Shown here: in pieces, positions 1 through 9,628 of the stretch | Position numbering within the stretch: the stretch's first letter is position 1 | Layout: every line of letters begins with the position of its first letter | Assembly: GCA_964587795.1 (NCBI GenBank) | Contig: CAZPMU010000005.1 | Span: forward strand, 15,723 to 79,722 | Reading direction: 5' to 3' | Origin: an uncultured Dehalococcoidia bacterium | GTDB lineage: Bacteria; Chloroflexota; Dehalococcoidia; Lucifugimonadales; UBA3495 | Length of the DNA: 64,000 bases | The notes under the pieces: model-generated | The model's database searches: none | The model's input: the letters and a program-made list of their open reading frames with translations, nothing else | Told to the model about the DNA's origin: nothing | Program-made: the position numbers and the translations under genes

Positions 1-5
1 GAGTA

Positions 6-1019
6 ATGCTGCTGGCCGGTGTGGTCATGCTGGCATTGTTGATTGCAGGGTTTGTAGTTGGCGCCATCGGTTCACAGATGTTTGGCGTAAACCGGTTCCT
101 GGCCCAACCCGCAATCCATCTCCCCCCTCAACCCGTTTTCCCCTTCTCTGCCGTTAAAGAGAGCCTTGGCTATGCCGATTACCCAAAGGAAGTGGAGGAA
201 AAACCCGCTGCCGATGCCGATCATCCCCCCGAGGGAGAGTCTGCGGACCACGGCGAAGGGGAAGAGCACCACTTTACTCCCCTGGGAATAGGCCAGTTCG
301 CCGTTACCAACACCCTGCTGTCGGCGTGGCTCACCAGCATTGTAATCATCCTTTTCTTTGTCCTGGGGGCCCGGAAGCGGGCCATGGTGCCTGGCCGGTT
401 CCAGTCGGTGGTGGAAAGCATCTTTGAGGGAGTGCTGAACTTCGCCTCCAGCGTGCTGGGGCCGGAGATGGCACGCAAGGCTTTCCCCGTCGTCGCCACC
501 ATCTTCTTCTTCGTGCTGTTCAACGCCTGGATCGCCCTGTTCCTGGTGCCCATTTACCAGGCGGTGGGATTTGGGTCCGGCGGCCTGTGGGACTTCAAGC
601 TGGAGGCCCACCTGATTCGTCCCGCCGGTACCGACGTCAACATGCCCTTGGCGCTGGCCCTGGTTTCCTTCGTCTTCGTGGAATACTGGGGTATTCGAGT
701 GCTGGGCCTGGCCTACTTCAAGAAGTTCTTCGCTTTCGGCAACCTGCTGCGGGGCCGTCCCAGCGGCTTGATTGACGTTTTCGTGGGCATTTTGGAGTTG
801 ATCAGCGAACTGGTACGCATCGTCAGCTTCACCTTCCGCTTGTTCGGGAATATGACCGCCGGTGAAATCCTGGTGGTGATGATAACCTTCCTGGTGCCCT
901 TCGTCGCCAACATCTTTGTTTTCGGGCTGGAGTTGCTGGTGGGATTGATCCAGGCGGTGATCTTCGCCGGACTGACCCTGGTTTTCCTTTCCCTGGCGGT
1001 GCATCACGAAGAGCATTAG
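6..1019 (+). CDS. atpB: F-type ATP synthase F0 subunit a
   Basis: 337-aa polytopic membrane ORF. It carries the subunit-a signature FRLFGNMTAGE (essential Arg) and is the first gene of the atp gene order. The frame is open to the window edge, so the true start may lie upstream. Confidence 0.9.
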   Translation: MLLAGVVMLALLIAGFVVGAIGSQMFGVNRFLAQPAIHLPPQPVFPFSAVKESLGYADYPKEVEEKPAADADHPPEGESADHGEGEEHHFTPLGIGQFAVTNTLLSAWLTSIVIILFFVLGARKRAMVPGRFQSVVESIFEGVLNFASSVLGPEMARKAFPVVATIFFFVLFNAWIALFLVPIYQAVGFGSGGLWDFKLEAHLIRPAGTDVNMPLALALVSFVFVEYWGIRVLGLAYFKKFFAFGNLLRGRPSGLIDVFVGILELISELVRIVSFTFRLFGNMTAGEILVVMITFLVPFVANIFVFGLELLVGLIQAVIFAGLTLVFLSLAVHHEEH

Positions 1020-1115
1020 GCGGGGCATTAATTAGCTGGATGAACCTTCCCCGCGGGATGGGGAGGGCCGGACCAATAAGGGCTTCAGACTACATAACTT
1101 GGAGGACTAGCAGAA

Positions 1116-1373
1116 ATGGAGCTACTACCGATTCTTTTGGCGCTGGAGGCCGAAGCGGCCAAGTTCCTTGGGGCCGGCCTGGCCATTGCCATTGGCGTAA
1201 TTGGCCCCGGTGTTGGTATTGGAATCCTGGGCGCGGGAGCCATGGGCGCCATCGGCCGCAACCCGGAAGCCGCCGGTTCCATTACCACCAACATGATTTT
1301 GGCCATCGCCTTCGCCGAAGCGTTGGGCATTTACTCCCTGATCGTAGCGGTAATCCTGCTGTTCGTGGTCTAG
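1116..1373 (+). CDS. atpE: F-type ATP synthase F0 subunit c
   Basis: 85-aa two-helix hairpin. Gly-rich helix 1 (GVIGPGVGIGILG), polar loop GRNPEA, and the ion-binding carboxylate in AFAEALGIY. Confidence 0.95.
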   Translation: MELLPILLALEAEAAKFLGAGLAIAIGVIGPGVGIGILGAGAMGAIGRNPEAAGSITTNMILAIAFAEALGIYSLIVAVILLFVV

Positions 1374-1377
1374 CGTT

Positions 1378-1878
1378 ATGGTTGAACTAGGAATCAACCT
1401 GCCCCTGCTGATTGCCTACCTGGTAACCTTCGTAATCCTGCTGGCGATTCTGTACCAGTTCGCCTACAAGCCGCTGATGGCGGCCATGGACCAGCGATCG
1501 GAACGGATCCAGGAAGGCCTTTCCGCCGCCGAGCAGGCGCGGCAGGAGGCAGCCAGTTCCCAGGCGGCCATTGAGGAGCAGCTGAACGAGGCCCGCCGCG
1601 AGGGGCAGCGGCTGCTGGACCAGGCGAGGGAGGCTTCCCAGCGGTACCGGGAAAGCGAGATGGAACGGGCCCGCCAGGAGGCGGAGGCATTTGCCGAACG
1701 GGCCAGGGCCGACATCCAGCGGGAGCGGGATGCCGCGCTGGACGAACTGCGGGCCAGCTTCGGCGACCTGGCCATCACCGCCGCGGAGCGGGTTATACGG
1801 CGTTCCCTGGACCGGCAGGCCCACGAAGAGCTCATCACCCAGGTGTTGGAAGAGGGTGAGAGCTTGCGGCGAGGTTAG
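1378..1878 (+). CDS. atpF: F-type ATP synthase F0 subunit b
   Basis: 166 aa. One N-terminal TM helix followed by a long Ala/Glu/Arg-rich helix. Lies between the c and delta genes. Confidence 0.85.
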   Translation: MVELGINLPLLIAYLVTFVILLAILYQFAYKPLMAAMDQRSERIQEGLSAAEQARQEAASSQAAIEEQLNEARREGQRLLDQAREASQRYRESEMERARQEAEAFAERARADIQRERDAALDELRASFGDLAITAAERVIRRSLDRQAHEELITQVLEEGESLRRG

Positions 1879-1884
1879 GCGACC

Positions 1885-2430
1885 ATGGCCAAGCAGGTAG
1901 GAGGCCAGCGGTACGCCCGTGCCCTGTTCGACCTGGCAGTGGAGAAGGACTCCATGGACCAGTGGGCCACCGACCTGGCCCAGCTTGCCGAGGCGATGCA
2001 GGACGGGCAGTTCAACCTGTTCCTGAAGCACGCCGAGGTGCCCCTGGGCCGGAAGATTGAGTCCCTGGCGACGGTGCTGCCTGAGGTTGACCCCATGGTG
2101 CGGAACCTGGGTTCGCTGCTGGTGACCCGTAACTCGGTGGACTCCATCGGCGACGTGGCCGTGGCGTACAATCGGCTGGTGGACGAGCGGCTGGGCAGGC
2201 AGCAGATTGAGGTTACCACTGCGGTGGAACTGGAACCGGCCGAGACGGACCGCATCCGCGATTTCGTGGCCGGGTTGATCCAGCGCGAGGTGGTGATGAC
2301 CACCCGGGTGGACGATTCCATCCTGGGCGGAATGGTTATACAGATTGGCGACCGGCTTATGGACGGGAGCACCCGTTCCAAGCTGGAAGAATTGCGAAAG
2401 CAAATACGCACGGAGGCCTCGCTCAACTGA
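1885..2430 (+). CDS. atpH: F-type ATP synthase F1 subunit delta (OSCP)
   Basis: 181 aa, positioned between b and alpha. The C-terminal ILGGMVIQIGDRLMDGS block is typical of delta/OSCP. Confidence 0.85.
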   Translation: MAKQVGGQRYARALFDLAVEKDSMDQWATDLAQLAEAMQDGQFNLFLKHAEVPLGRKIESLATVLPEVDPMVRNLGSLLVTRNSVDSIGDVAVAYNRLVDERLGRQQIEVTTAVELEPAETDRIRDFVAGLIQREVVMTTRVDDSILGGMVIQIGDRLMDGSTRSKLEELRKQIRTEASLN

Positions 2431-2531
2431 CGAAAGGTTGAGCGCCCCTTTTTCCAGGGTTCGCGACGAGCAGGCCCGGCTAAAGGGATGTACGGTTCCG
2501 GCGTATATTTGGCAGTTAAGGAGATTCCCCA

Positions 2532-4040
2532 ATGGCGATTAGGGGTCAGGAAATCGTATCTTTAATCCGGCGCCAGATTGAAGAGTTTGGCGGCGATTTG
2601 AGCATGGTGGATGTGGGCACCGTGGTCCAGGTGGGCGACGGTATTGCCAGCATCCAGGGTCTCCAGGGGGTACGCTCCAACGAGTTGCTGGACTTCGGCA
2701 ACGATATTCTCGGACTGGCCCTTAACCTGGAGTCCGACCTGGTGGGCGCGGCCATCCTGGGCGACGCCACTGTCGTCAAGGAGGGGGACCAGGTCCGCTC
2801 TACCGGCCAGATCATCGAAATTCCCGTGGGCGATGCCCTGATCGGCCGGGTAGTGGACCCGCTGGGCCGGCCTTTGGACGGCAAGGGCCCCATCAACACC
2901 AGCGGCACCCGCCCGGTGGAGCAGGTGGCCCCCAACGTGGTGGTCCGCCAGTCGGTGGATACGCCGGTGCAGACGGGTATCAAGGCCATCGACGCCATGA
3001 TTCCCATTGGCCGCGGCCAGCGGGAGTTGATCATCGGCGACCGCTCCACGGGCAAGACGGCCATCGCGCTGGATACCATCATCAACCAGCGGGGCGGCGA
3101 CCTTATCTGCGTTTACGTGGCCATCGGCCAGAAGCAGGGCAAGGTGGCCCAGGTGGTGGGCATCCTGGAAGAGAATGACGCCATGGGCCATACCATCGTG
3201 GTGAACGCCGGCGCTTCCGATTCGGCGCCTTTGCAGTTCATCGCTCCCTACGCCGGCTGCGCCATGGCTGAGGAGTTTATGGACCAGGGCAAGGATGTGC
3301 TGGTGGTGTACGACGACCTGACCAAGCACGCCTGGGCCTACCGCCAGATGTCTCTGCTGCTGCGCCGCCCTGCCGGCCGCGAGGCCTACCCCGGCGACGT
3401 TTTCTACCTGCACAGCCGCCTGCTGGAACGGGCGGCCAAGCTGGACCAGGAACACGGCGGCGGCTCCATTACCGCGCTGCCTATTATTGAGACCCAGGCC
3501 GGTGACGTGTCGGCCTACATTCCCACCAACGTGATTTCCATTACCGACGGCCAGATTTACCTGGAGCCCGAACTGTTCAACATCGGTATTCGCCCGGCGG
3601 TGAACGTGGGCCTGTCCGTGTCCCGCGTGGGCGGCGCGGCCCAGACCCGGGCCATCCGCCAGGTGGCGGGGCGCCTGCGCCTGGACCTGGCCCAGTACCG
3701 GGAGCTGGCCAGCTTTGCCCAGTTCGGCACGTCGGACCTGGACGCGGCAACCCGCGCCCAGCTGGCCCGGGGCCAGCTTTCCACCGAGGCGCTGAAGCAG
3801 GCCCAGTACCGGCCCCTGCGGCTGGAACAGGAGGTCATCATCCTGTACGCGGTCAACGCAGGCCTGACGGATGACGTGGCCCTGGAGCGGGTGGGCGCCT
3901 TCGAGGAACAGTTGCTGGAGTACATGGGCAGCACCCACCCGGAAATCGGCCAGGCCATCGCCACCAGCGGCAACCTGCCCGAGGACGTTACCGGCCAGCT
4001 GAACGAGGCCATCACCAACTTCAAGGCGACTTTCAGTTAA
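2532..4040 (+). CDS. atpA: F-type ATP synthase F1 subunit alpha
   Basis: 502 aa. Walker A GDRSTGKT, and conserved blocks [27 protein letters not shown] and ITDGQIYLE. Confidence 0.97.
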   Translation: MAIRGQEIVSLIRRQIEEFGGDLSMVDVGTVVQVGDGIASIQGLQGVRSNELLDFGNDILGLALNLESDLVGAAILGDATVVKEGDQVRSTGQIIEIPVGDALIGRVVDPLGRPLDGKGPINTSGTRPVEQVAPNVVVRQSVDTPVQTGIKAIDAMIPIGRGQRELIIGDRSTGKTAIALDTIINQRGGDLICVYVAIGQKQGKVAQVVGILEENDAMGHTIVVNAGASDSAPLQFIAPYAGCAMAEEFMDQGKDVLVVYDDLTKHAWAYRQMSLLLRRPAGREAYPGDVFYLHSRLLERAAKLDQEHGGGSITALPIIETQAGDVSAYIPTNVISITDGQIYLEPELFNIGIRPAVNVGLSVSRVGGAAQTRAIRQVAGRLRLDLAQYRELASFAQFGTSDLDAATRAQLARGQLSTEALKQAQYRPLRLEQEVIILYAVNAGLTDDVALERVGAFEEQLLEYMGSTHPEIGQAIATSGNLPEDVTGQLNEAITNFKATFS

Positions 4041-4046
4041 GTTAAG

Positions 4047-4116
4047 TCCACGAATAGGCACGAATATTCACTAATCTCATATCATCCATTGGTGGTCATT
4101 CGTGTCCATTCGTGGA
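4047..4116. repeat. Imperfect 20-nt inverted repeat (hairpin) in the atpA-atpG spacer, built from four CACGAAT/ATTCGTG units
   Basis: Left arm tccacgaataggcacgaata (4047-4066). Right arm tcattcgtgtccattcgtgga (4096-4116). About 18 of 20 positions can pair. CACGAAT occurs at 4050 and 4060, and ATTCGTG at 4098 and 4108, with 10-nt phasing. Confidence 0.7.
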
Positions 4117-4132
4117 TTGAAGAAAGAAGAGT

Positions 4133-4996
4133 ATGCCAAGCGTAAGGGATATACGGCGGCGGATTCGCAGCGTGGAGAATACGGGCAAGGTAACCAACGC
4201 CATGTCGTTGATTGCTGCGTCCAAGATGCGCCGCGCCCAGAACTCGGTGCTGCAGGGGCGTCCCTACGCCGAGAAAATTTATGAGGTCATCGCCCACCTG
4301 GCCGCCCAGCCGGCAGAGGATGGCGAGGCACTGCATCCCCTGCTGGAGGTAAGGCCGATCAACCGTATCGGGTTGCTGGCCATCACCCCCGACCGGGGCC
4401 TGGCCGGGGGCATGCACTCCAACATCAACCGGCGGGCGGCCCAGTTCATCCTTAACCAGACCGTCCCCACCCGCAGCATTGCCGTGGGCCGTAAGGGCCG
4501 CGATTTCATGGCCCGCTACGGCCAGGATCTGCTGGCCGTATTCGCCGACCTGGGCGACCGGCCCCTGGTGGTGGATACGCTGCCCATCTCCCGTATGCTC
4601 ATCGACAATTTCCTGGCCGGCGAAATGGACGAGGTCTATATCGTCTATACCAGGTTCGTTTCCACCATGTCCCAGGAACCGGTGGTGCAGAAACTGCTCC
4701 CCGTAACCCCGGCGGAGCTTTCGGCCACCGACCGGTCGGGCTACATCTACGAGCCCGACACCCTGACAGTGCTTGGTTCCCTCCTGCCCCAGTTCGTGGA
4801 CATGGAGGTTTACCACGCCATGCTGGAATCCATCGCCAGTGAACAGTCGGCCCGCATGGTGGCCATGCGCAACGCCACCGACAACGCCAAGTCGCTGGCC
4901 GACGACCTGACCCTGGTAATGAACAAGCTTCGCCAGGACAGCATCACCAACGAACTGCTGGACCTGGTGGGCGGCCAGATTGCCCTGGAGGGGTAG
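4133..4996 (+). CDS. atpG: F-type ATP synthase F1 subunit gamma
   Basis: 287 aa. N-terminal MPSVRDIRRRIRSVENTGKVTNAMSLIAASKMRRAQ and C-terminal ITNELLDLVGG are gamma-subunit signatures. Confidence 0.95.
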   Translation: MPSVRDIRRRIRSVENTGKVTNAMSLIAASKMRRAQNSVLQGRPYAEKIYEVIAHLAAQPAEDGEALHPLLEVRPINRIGLLAITPDRGLAGGMHSNINRRAAQFILNQTVPTRSIAVGRKGRDFMARYGQDLLAVFADLGDRPLVVDTLPISRMLIDNFLAGEMDEVYIVYTRFVSTMSQEPVVQKLLPVTPAELSATDRSGYIYEPDTLTVLGSLLPQFVDMEVYHAMLESIASEQSARMVAMRNATDNAKSLADDLTLVMNKLRQDSITNELLDLVGGQIALEG

Positions 4997-5062
4997 GAAA
5001 CTAGCAAGAGGCGCTCTATATACCTTGCATAAACTTGGGGAGCGTTTGCATTGCGCGAGCCG

Positions 5063-5112
5063 TCACCCCCCGTCCTGGCCTTCCCCCATCGAGGAGGAAG
5101 GGACTTTTGGAA
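5063..5112. repeat. Short hairpin repeat, family 2 (TCACCCC..CCTGGCCTTCCCCC..GGAAGGGACTTTTGG)
   Basis: Located in the atpG-atpD spacer. Related copies at 31528-31562, 39537-39583, 59884-59930 (reverse) and 59954-59990 (partial). Confidence 0.6.
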
Positions 5113-5122
5113 CAGTTTCTAA

Positions 5123-6565
<1,443 letters not shown>

Positions 6566-6587
6566 GATTCCAACTGACAAATGCGCG

Positions 6588-6616
6588 TTGACAGCCGTGC
6601 GTTGGCCTACGACAAT
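6588..6616 (+). promoter_or_regulatory. Candidate sigma70-type promoter immediately upstream of the inserted cassette
   Basis: TTGACA (6588-6593), 17-nt spacer, GACAAT (6611-6616; 4/6 match to TATAAT). Lies in the 74-nt spacer after the atpD stop. Sequence match only. Confidence 0.3.
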
Positions 6617-6639
6617 GTGAAACAGAGGGCAATTGTTGT

Positions 6640-7479
6640 ATGCCATTGTGCGGCTGTTTTCATTCCTATACTCTCACACGTTTGTCTGAAGAGTATTTTC
6701 GTTTACAACTTCCTACGGGTCCACTGGGGAATTTCGCGGAAGTCTTGAGAAATTCCCGATTAGCTGACTCAGTTGTAGAAAATACCTCAACCAGTCTTAC
6801 CCTCCCTTTCAAAAAGACATTCATGTTAAAGAGAGTCCGAGAGGAAGGTAGCTTACGCAGGCTTTTGGAGACTCTCAAAAGCAAGATAATTGTTGACCTT
6901 TCTCCGGATCTCTCTCAATGCTATTCTCTGGGGCCCTATAGCGTTGTTGGTGAAGATGGGAGAGTCAATGTTCGGTCACCTTGGGGAGATTTAATTTACC
7001 GCGCCAAATATCGGAGCGATCCTGATGCAAATAGGCAGATACTATCCAGAATTGAAGAATTCATTGAGGGACATTTAGCAATCAGGACTATCAACTCCAT
7101 TATAGCCCCTCCCAAGAGTGACAGTAATACTCCTGATTTAGCTGGATCCTGGGCCAACCAAATCGCAGGACGACTGGGAGCAAGAAGGCTAAATGCTCTT
7201 AAGGTTAGAGAGGGAATTGGTCCTCAGAAGAACCTTCTAATGTCGTTATCTGAGGAAGATTTGGTAGGCAGATTAGCCAACAGTGTTACAATTAGAGAGG
7301 CGGTTGCAGATGCTCGAGTCCTCATTCTGGATGACACTATAGGTTCGGGCGGTACTCTTAAAGAAATGGCGCGAGCATTACGAGACGGCGGGGCTCGGCA
7401 AATTTACGGCTTAACTGTTGCCAAAGACGCCAAGTTTACTTTGGGAGGGGTGGATCTTAAGGAGGAGTTGTGGAAATGA
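6640..7479 (+). CDS. ComF-like type I phosphoribosyltransferase-domain protein (low-GC cassette gene 1)
   Basis: C-terminal PRPP-binding loop ARVLILDDTIGSGGTLKEMARAL. ComF-like order of blocks (SPWGDLIYRAKY, IIAPPKS, GPQKNL). AGAGGG lies 10 nt upstream of the ATG at 6640. An alternative in-frame ATG at 6823 would give 218 aa. No 4-Cys zinc finger. Confidence 0.8.
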   Translation: MPLCGCFHSYTLTRLSEEYFRLQLPTGPLGNFAEVLRNSRLADSVVENTSTSLTLPFKKTFMLKRVREEGSLRRLLETLKSKIIVDLSPDLSQCYSLGPYSVVGEDGRVNVRSPWGDLIYRAKYRSDPDANRQILSRIEEFIEGHLAIRTINSIIAPPKSDSNTPDLAGSWANQIAGRLGARRLNALKVREGIGPQKNLLMSLSEEDLVGRLANSVTIREAVADARVLILDDTIGSGGTLKEMARALRDGGARQIYGLTVAKDAKFTLGGVDLKEELWK

Positions 7480-8180
7480 AACAACAATACGTCGCCATTT
7501 CCCCAACCGATAGCAACTATCCAGGCACACAGCTTGAAGCCCTAGGTGGCGTAACCCTTTATGTCCTCGGAAATCTGGAACTGCTGGGGAAGAGCGGCAT
7601 AGGCATTTGTGGTTCGAGGGATGCATCTCCAGAGGCATTGGATTGGGCTTACCATCTCGGCAAAGAGGCCGCAAAGCGAAACGTGCTTATTGTCAGCGGC
7701 TATGCGCGGGGTGTGGACCGCGAGGCTCACAGGGGCGCGCTGGAAGCCGGTGGAAGCACCATTGCCGTTTTGCCTGAAGGAATTGAAGGGTTTGGTATTC
7801 GTCGGGAGTTGGCAAGTCATGTGGACTTGGAACGTAACTTTCTTGCCGTCTCTATGTTCGAACCAAGTGCAAGGTGGACTTCCTGGCGTGCCATGACAAG
7901 AAACCAGTTGATTGTAGGACTATCAACAAGCTTGGTTGTTGTCGAAGCACGTGAAAAAGGAGGCACAATCGACGCCGCTCGCAAGTGCCTTAGACAGGCC
8001 AAGAAATTGTGGGCAGTAGAATACCCCGTGGAAAGTTCTGGAGGATCTGGCAACCGACTTCTGCTGAAGAACGCTTCAGCAATTGCCCTTAACCCGGCCT
8101 CTGTTGAACAGGTATTCGCACAAAAGCATGTCCATGGTAAAGAGCCAAACCAACAACTTGCTATGAGTATAGAGGGTTAA
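7476..8180 (+). CDS. DprA/Smf-like Rossmann (SLOG) domain protein (low-GC cassette gene 2)
   Basis: Carries the DprA signature blocks GICGSRDAS, VSGYARGVDREAHRGALEAGGSTIAVLPEG, MTRNQLIVGL, VVVEAREKGGTIDAA and GSGNRLL. GGAGG at 7461-7465. The ATG at 7476 overlaps the gene-1 TGA (ATGA). A GTG at 7470 is an alternative start. Only about 234 aa, with no SAM-like N-domain or C-terminal winged helix. Confidence 0.85.
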   Translation: MKQQYVAISPTDSNYPGTQLEALGGVTLYVLGNLELLGKSGIGICGSRDASPEALDWAYHLGKEAAKRNVLIVSGYARGVDREAHRGALEAGGSTIAVLPEGIEGFGIRRELASHVDLERNFLAVSMFEPSARWTSWRAMTRNQLIVGLSTSLVVVEAREKGGTIDAARKCLRQAKKLWAVEYPVESSGGSGNRLLLKNASAIALNPASVEQVFAQKHVHGKEPNQQLAMSIEG

Positions 8181-8184
8181 TCCA

Positions 8185-8634
8185 ATGGCCCCGATGAGAC
8201 TGGAAATTATTACCGCCGAGCGCGAGGTTTATGCCGACGACGTGGACATTGTCGTAGCGCCCGGCGTGGAAGGGCAGCTTGGAATTCTGCCCCACCACGC
8301 GCCCCTGATGACCGCCCTGCAGCCTGGGGAGATACTGGTCCGCAAGGAGGGCGAGCCTTCCTACCTGGCCGTTTCGGGTGGCTTCATGGAGGTAATGGCC
8401 AACAAGGTTACCATCCTGGCCGAGACCTGCGAATACACCGAGGAGATAAGCGAGGAGCGGGCCCAGGCCGCCATGGAACGGGCCCAGGACCGCATCCGCA
8501 GCCACGGTACTGAAGCCGAACTGGCCGAGGCCCTGCGTTCCTTCCGGCGGGCCCAGGTGCGGCTGAACGTGGTGCGCCGCCGCCGTCCCCGGGGAGATAT
8601 GAGGTCCTCCGTAGGCAACCAGCCCGGCGGCTGA
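8185..8634 (+). CDS. atpC: F-type ATP synthase F1 subunit epsilon
   Basis: 149 aa. The N-terminal beta-sandwich sequence RLEIITAEREVYADDVDIVVAPGVEGQLGILPHHAPLMTAL is typical of epsilon. AGAGGG lies 8 nt upstream of the ATG. Confidence 0.9.
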   Translation: MAPMRLEIITAEREVYADDVDIVVAPGVEGQLGILPHHAPLMTALQPGEILVRKEGEPSYLAVSGGFMEVMANKVTILAETCEYTEEISEERAQAAMERAQDRIRSHGTEAELAEALRSFRRAQVRLNVVRRRRPRGDMRSSVGNQPGG

Positions 8635-8662
8635 CGCCGTTCGTTACGATTGGTGAAACAAG

Positions 8663-8692
8663 AGGGGCGCCGGACAATTAACCGGCGCCCCT
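8663..8692. terminator. Bidirectional intrinsic terminator between convergent atpC and rex
   Basis: 11-bp stem aggggcgccgg / ccggcgcccct with an 8-nt loop. The minus-strand reading is followed by the U-rich tail cttgtttc. Confidence 0.7.
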
Positions 8693-8713
8693 TAAATCTG
8701 TCAATACCTGGGC

Positions 8714-9379
8714 CTACTCTGTGACGGTACCATTGGCCAGGTAGTAGGTCATAGACTGGAGGGACAGCAGCGGGTCGATGTTGCGGACGTTCACCCCTTC
8801 AGGTACCTGGGGCATGATGGGGGCGTAGTTGAGGATGGCCTTGACACCGCACTCCACCAGGCGGTCCACCACCGCCTGGGTATAGGCTATGGGCACGGCC
8901 ACAATGGCGATGCTGACCTGGTAACGCTGAATCACGTCGCCCAGTTGGGCTACCGGCTGGACCGTCAGTCCCCCAACTTCGCGGCCCACCACGTCGGGAT
9001 TGTCGTCCAGGGCAGCCACCAACTGGAAGCCGTCGGGAGTGAAACCTGGATAGTTCAGGATGGCCCTGCCCAACCGGCCGACGCCGACCACCGCCACGTT
9101 CCAGGTTACAGTCATGCCCAGAATTTGCCGCAACTCGTCCAGCAGGTGATTCACGTTGTAACCCCGCCCCTGCTTGCCAAAACGGCCAAAATAGCTCAAG
9201 TCCTTGCGAATCTGGGCCGGAGTTATCTGCAGCTTCTCGCCCAGTTGCTGGGAGTTGGCAATCTGCACTCCCTCAGCCAGCAGTTGGGTCAGCGTGCGCA
9301 CGTACTGGGGAAGCCGGCTGACTACAACGTCGGGCACCTCGTTGCGGCCGTGGTTTTGATGATCAAAGTTGGATGCCAT
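8714..9379 (-). CDS. rex: Redox-sensing transcriptional repressor Rex
   Basis: 221 aa. N-terminal winged-helix block RLPQYVRTLTQL...ITPAQIRKDLSYFGRFGKQGRGYNV, then the NAD(H) Rossmann block VAVVGVGRLGRAILNY. Confidence 0.93.
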   Translation of the reverse strand: MASNFDHQNHGRNEVPDVVVSRLPQYVRTLTQLLAEGVQIANSQQLGEKLQITPAQIRKDLSYFGRFGKQGRGYNVNHLLDELRQILGMTVTWNVAVVGVGRLGRAILNYPGFTPDGFQLVAALDDNPDVVGREVGGLTVQPVAQLGDVIQRYQVSIAIVAVPIAYTQAVVDRLVECGVKAILNYAPIMPQVPEGVNVRNIDPLLSLQSMTYYLANGTVTE

Positions 9380-9491
9380 GCCTGGAACCTGGGCCCGTCA
9401 CGAGATTGGGGAATGTTCTTTACGAATCCGCAAAGGCTAAAACCGTTGAAGCGCCATTAACAGGAATACTCTCAATCCCGACGGTGATAAA

Positions 9492-9519
9492 TTGGCCTTC
9501 TTATCATACAATCTATAAT
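9492..9519 (+). promoter_or_regulatory. Candidate promoter for the DUF503 gene, with a flanking inverted repeat
   Basis: TTGGCC (9492-9497), 16 nt, perfect TATAAT (9514-9519). TGATAA (9485-9490) and TTATCA (9501-9506) form an inverted repeat that brackets the -35 element. Confidence 0.35.
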
Positions 9520-9628
9520 GTCGCCGTAATTGCGTCAAGCAGGCCTTCCGTTGCGACGTCATCTTCGTGCCGTGAAGGGTCTGTGGTCTCTGCTTGAATC
9601 CCGTCAATCGAAAGCCCGAGGTGAAGCC

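Noticed and set aside
1040-1390. Alternative-frame ORFs overlapping atpE (116 aa, 81 aa and 90 aa).
   Set aside because: They overlap a strongly conserved c-subunit gene in other frames or on the other strand, and their composition is Gly/Arg/Pro-rich. They are artefacts.
2562-4061. Very long ORFs antisense to well-supported genes. Examples: 2562-4061(-) opposite atpA, 13353-15146(+) opposite the Fe-S oxidoreductase, 24058-25620(-) opposite the HpaB-like gene, 29235-31382(-), 53880-55376(-), 40927-41958(+).
   Set aside because: These are typical high-GC artefacts. Their translations are Gly/Arg/Ala/Pro/His-rich low-complexity sequence with no motifs, and the opposite strand carries clear conserved proteins.
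6566-6640. Canonical Rex operator (TTGTGA-N6-TCACAA) near the atp genes or the cassette. A TGTGAA occurs at 6616-6621.
   Set aside because: No matching inverted half-site follows it. Manual scan only.
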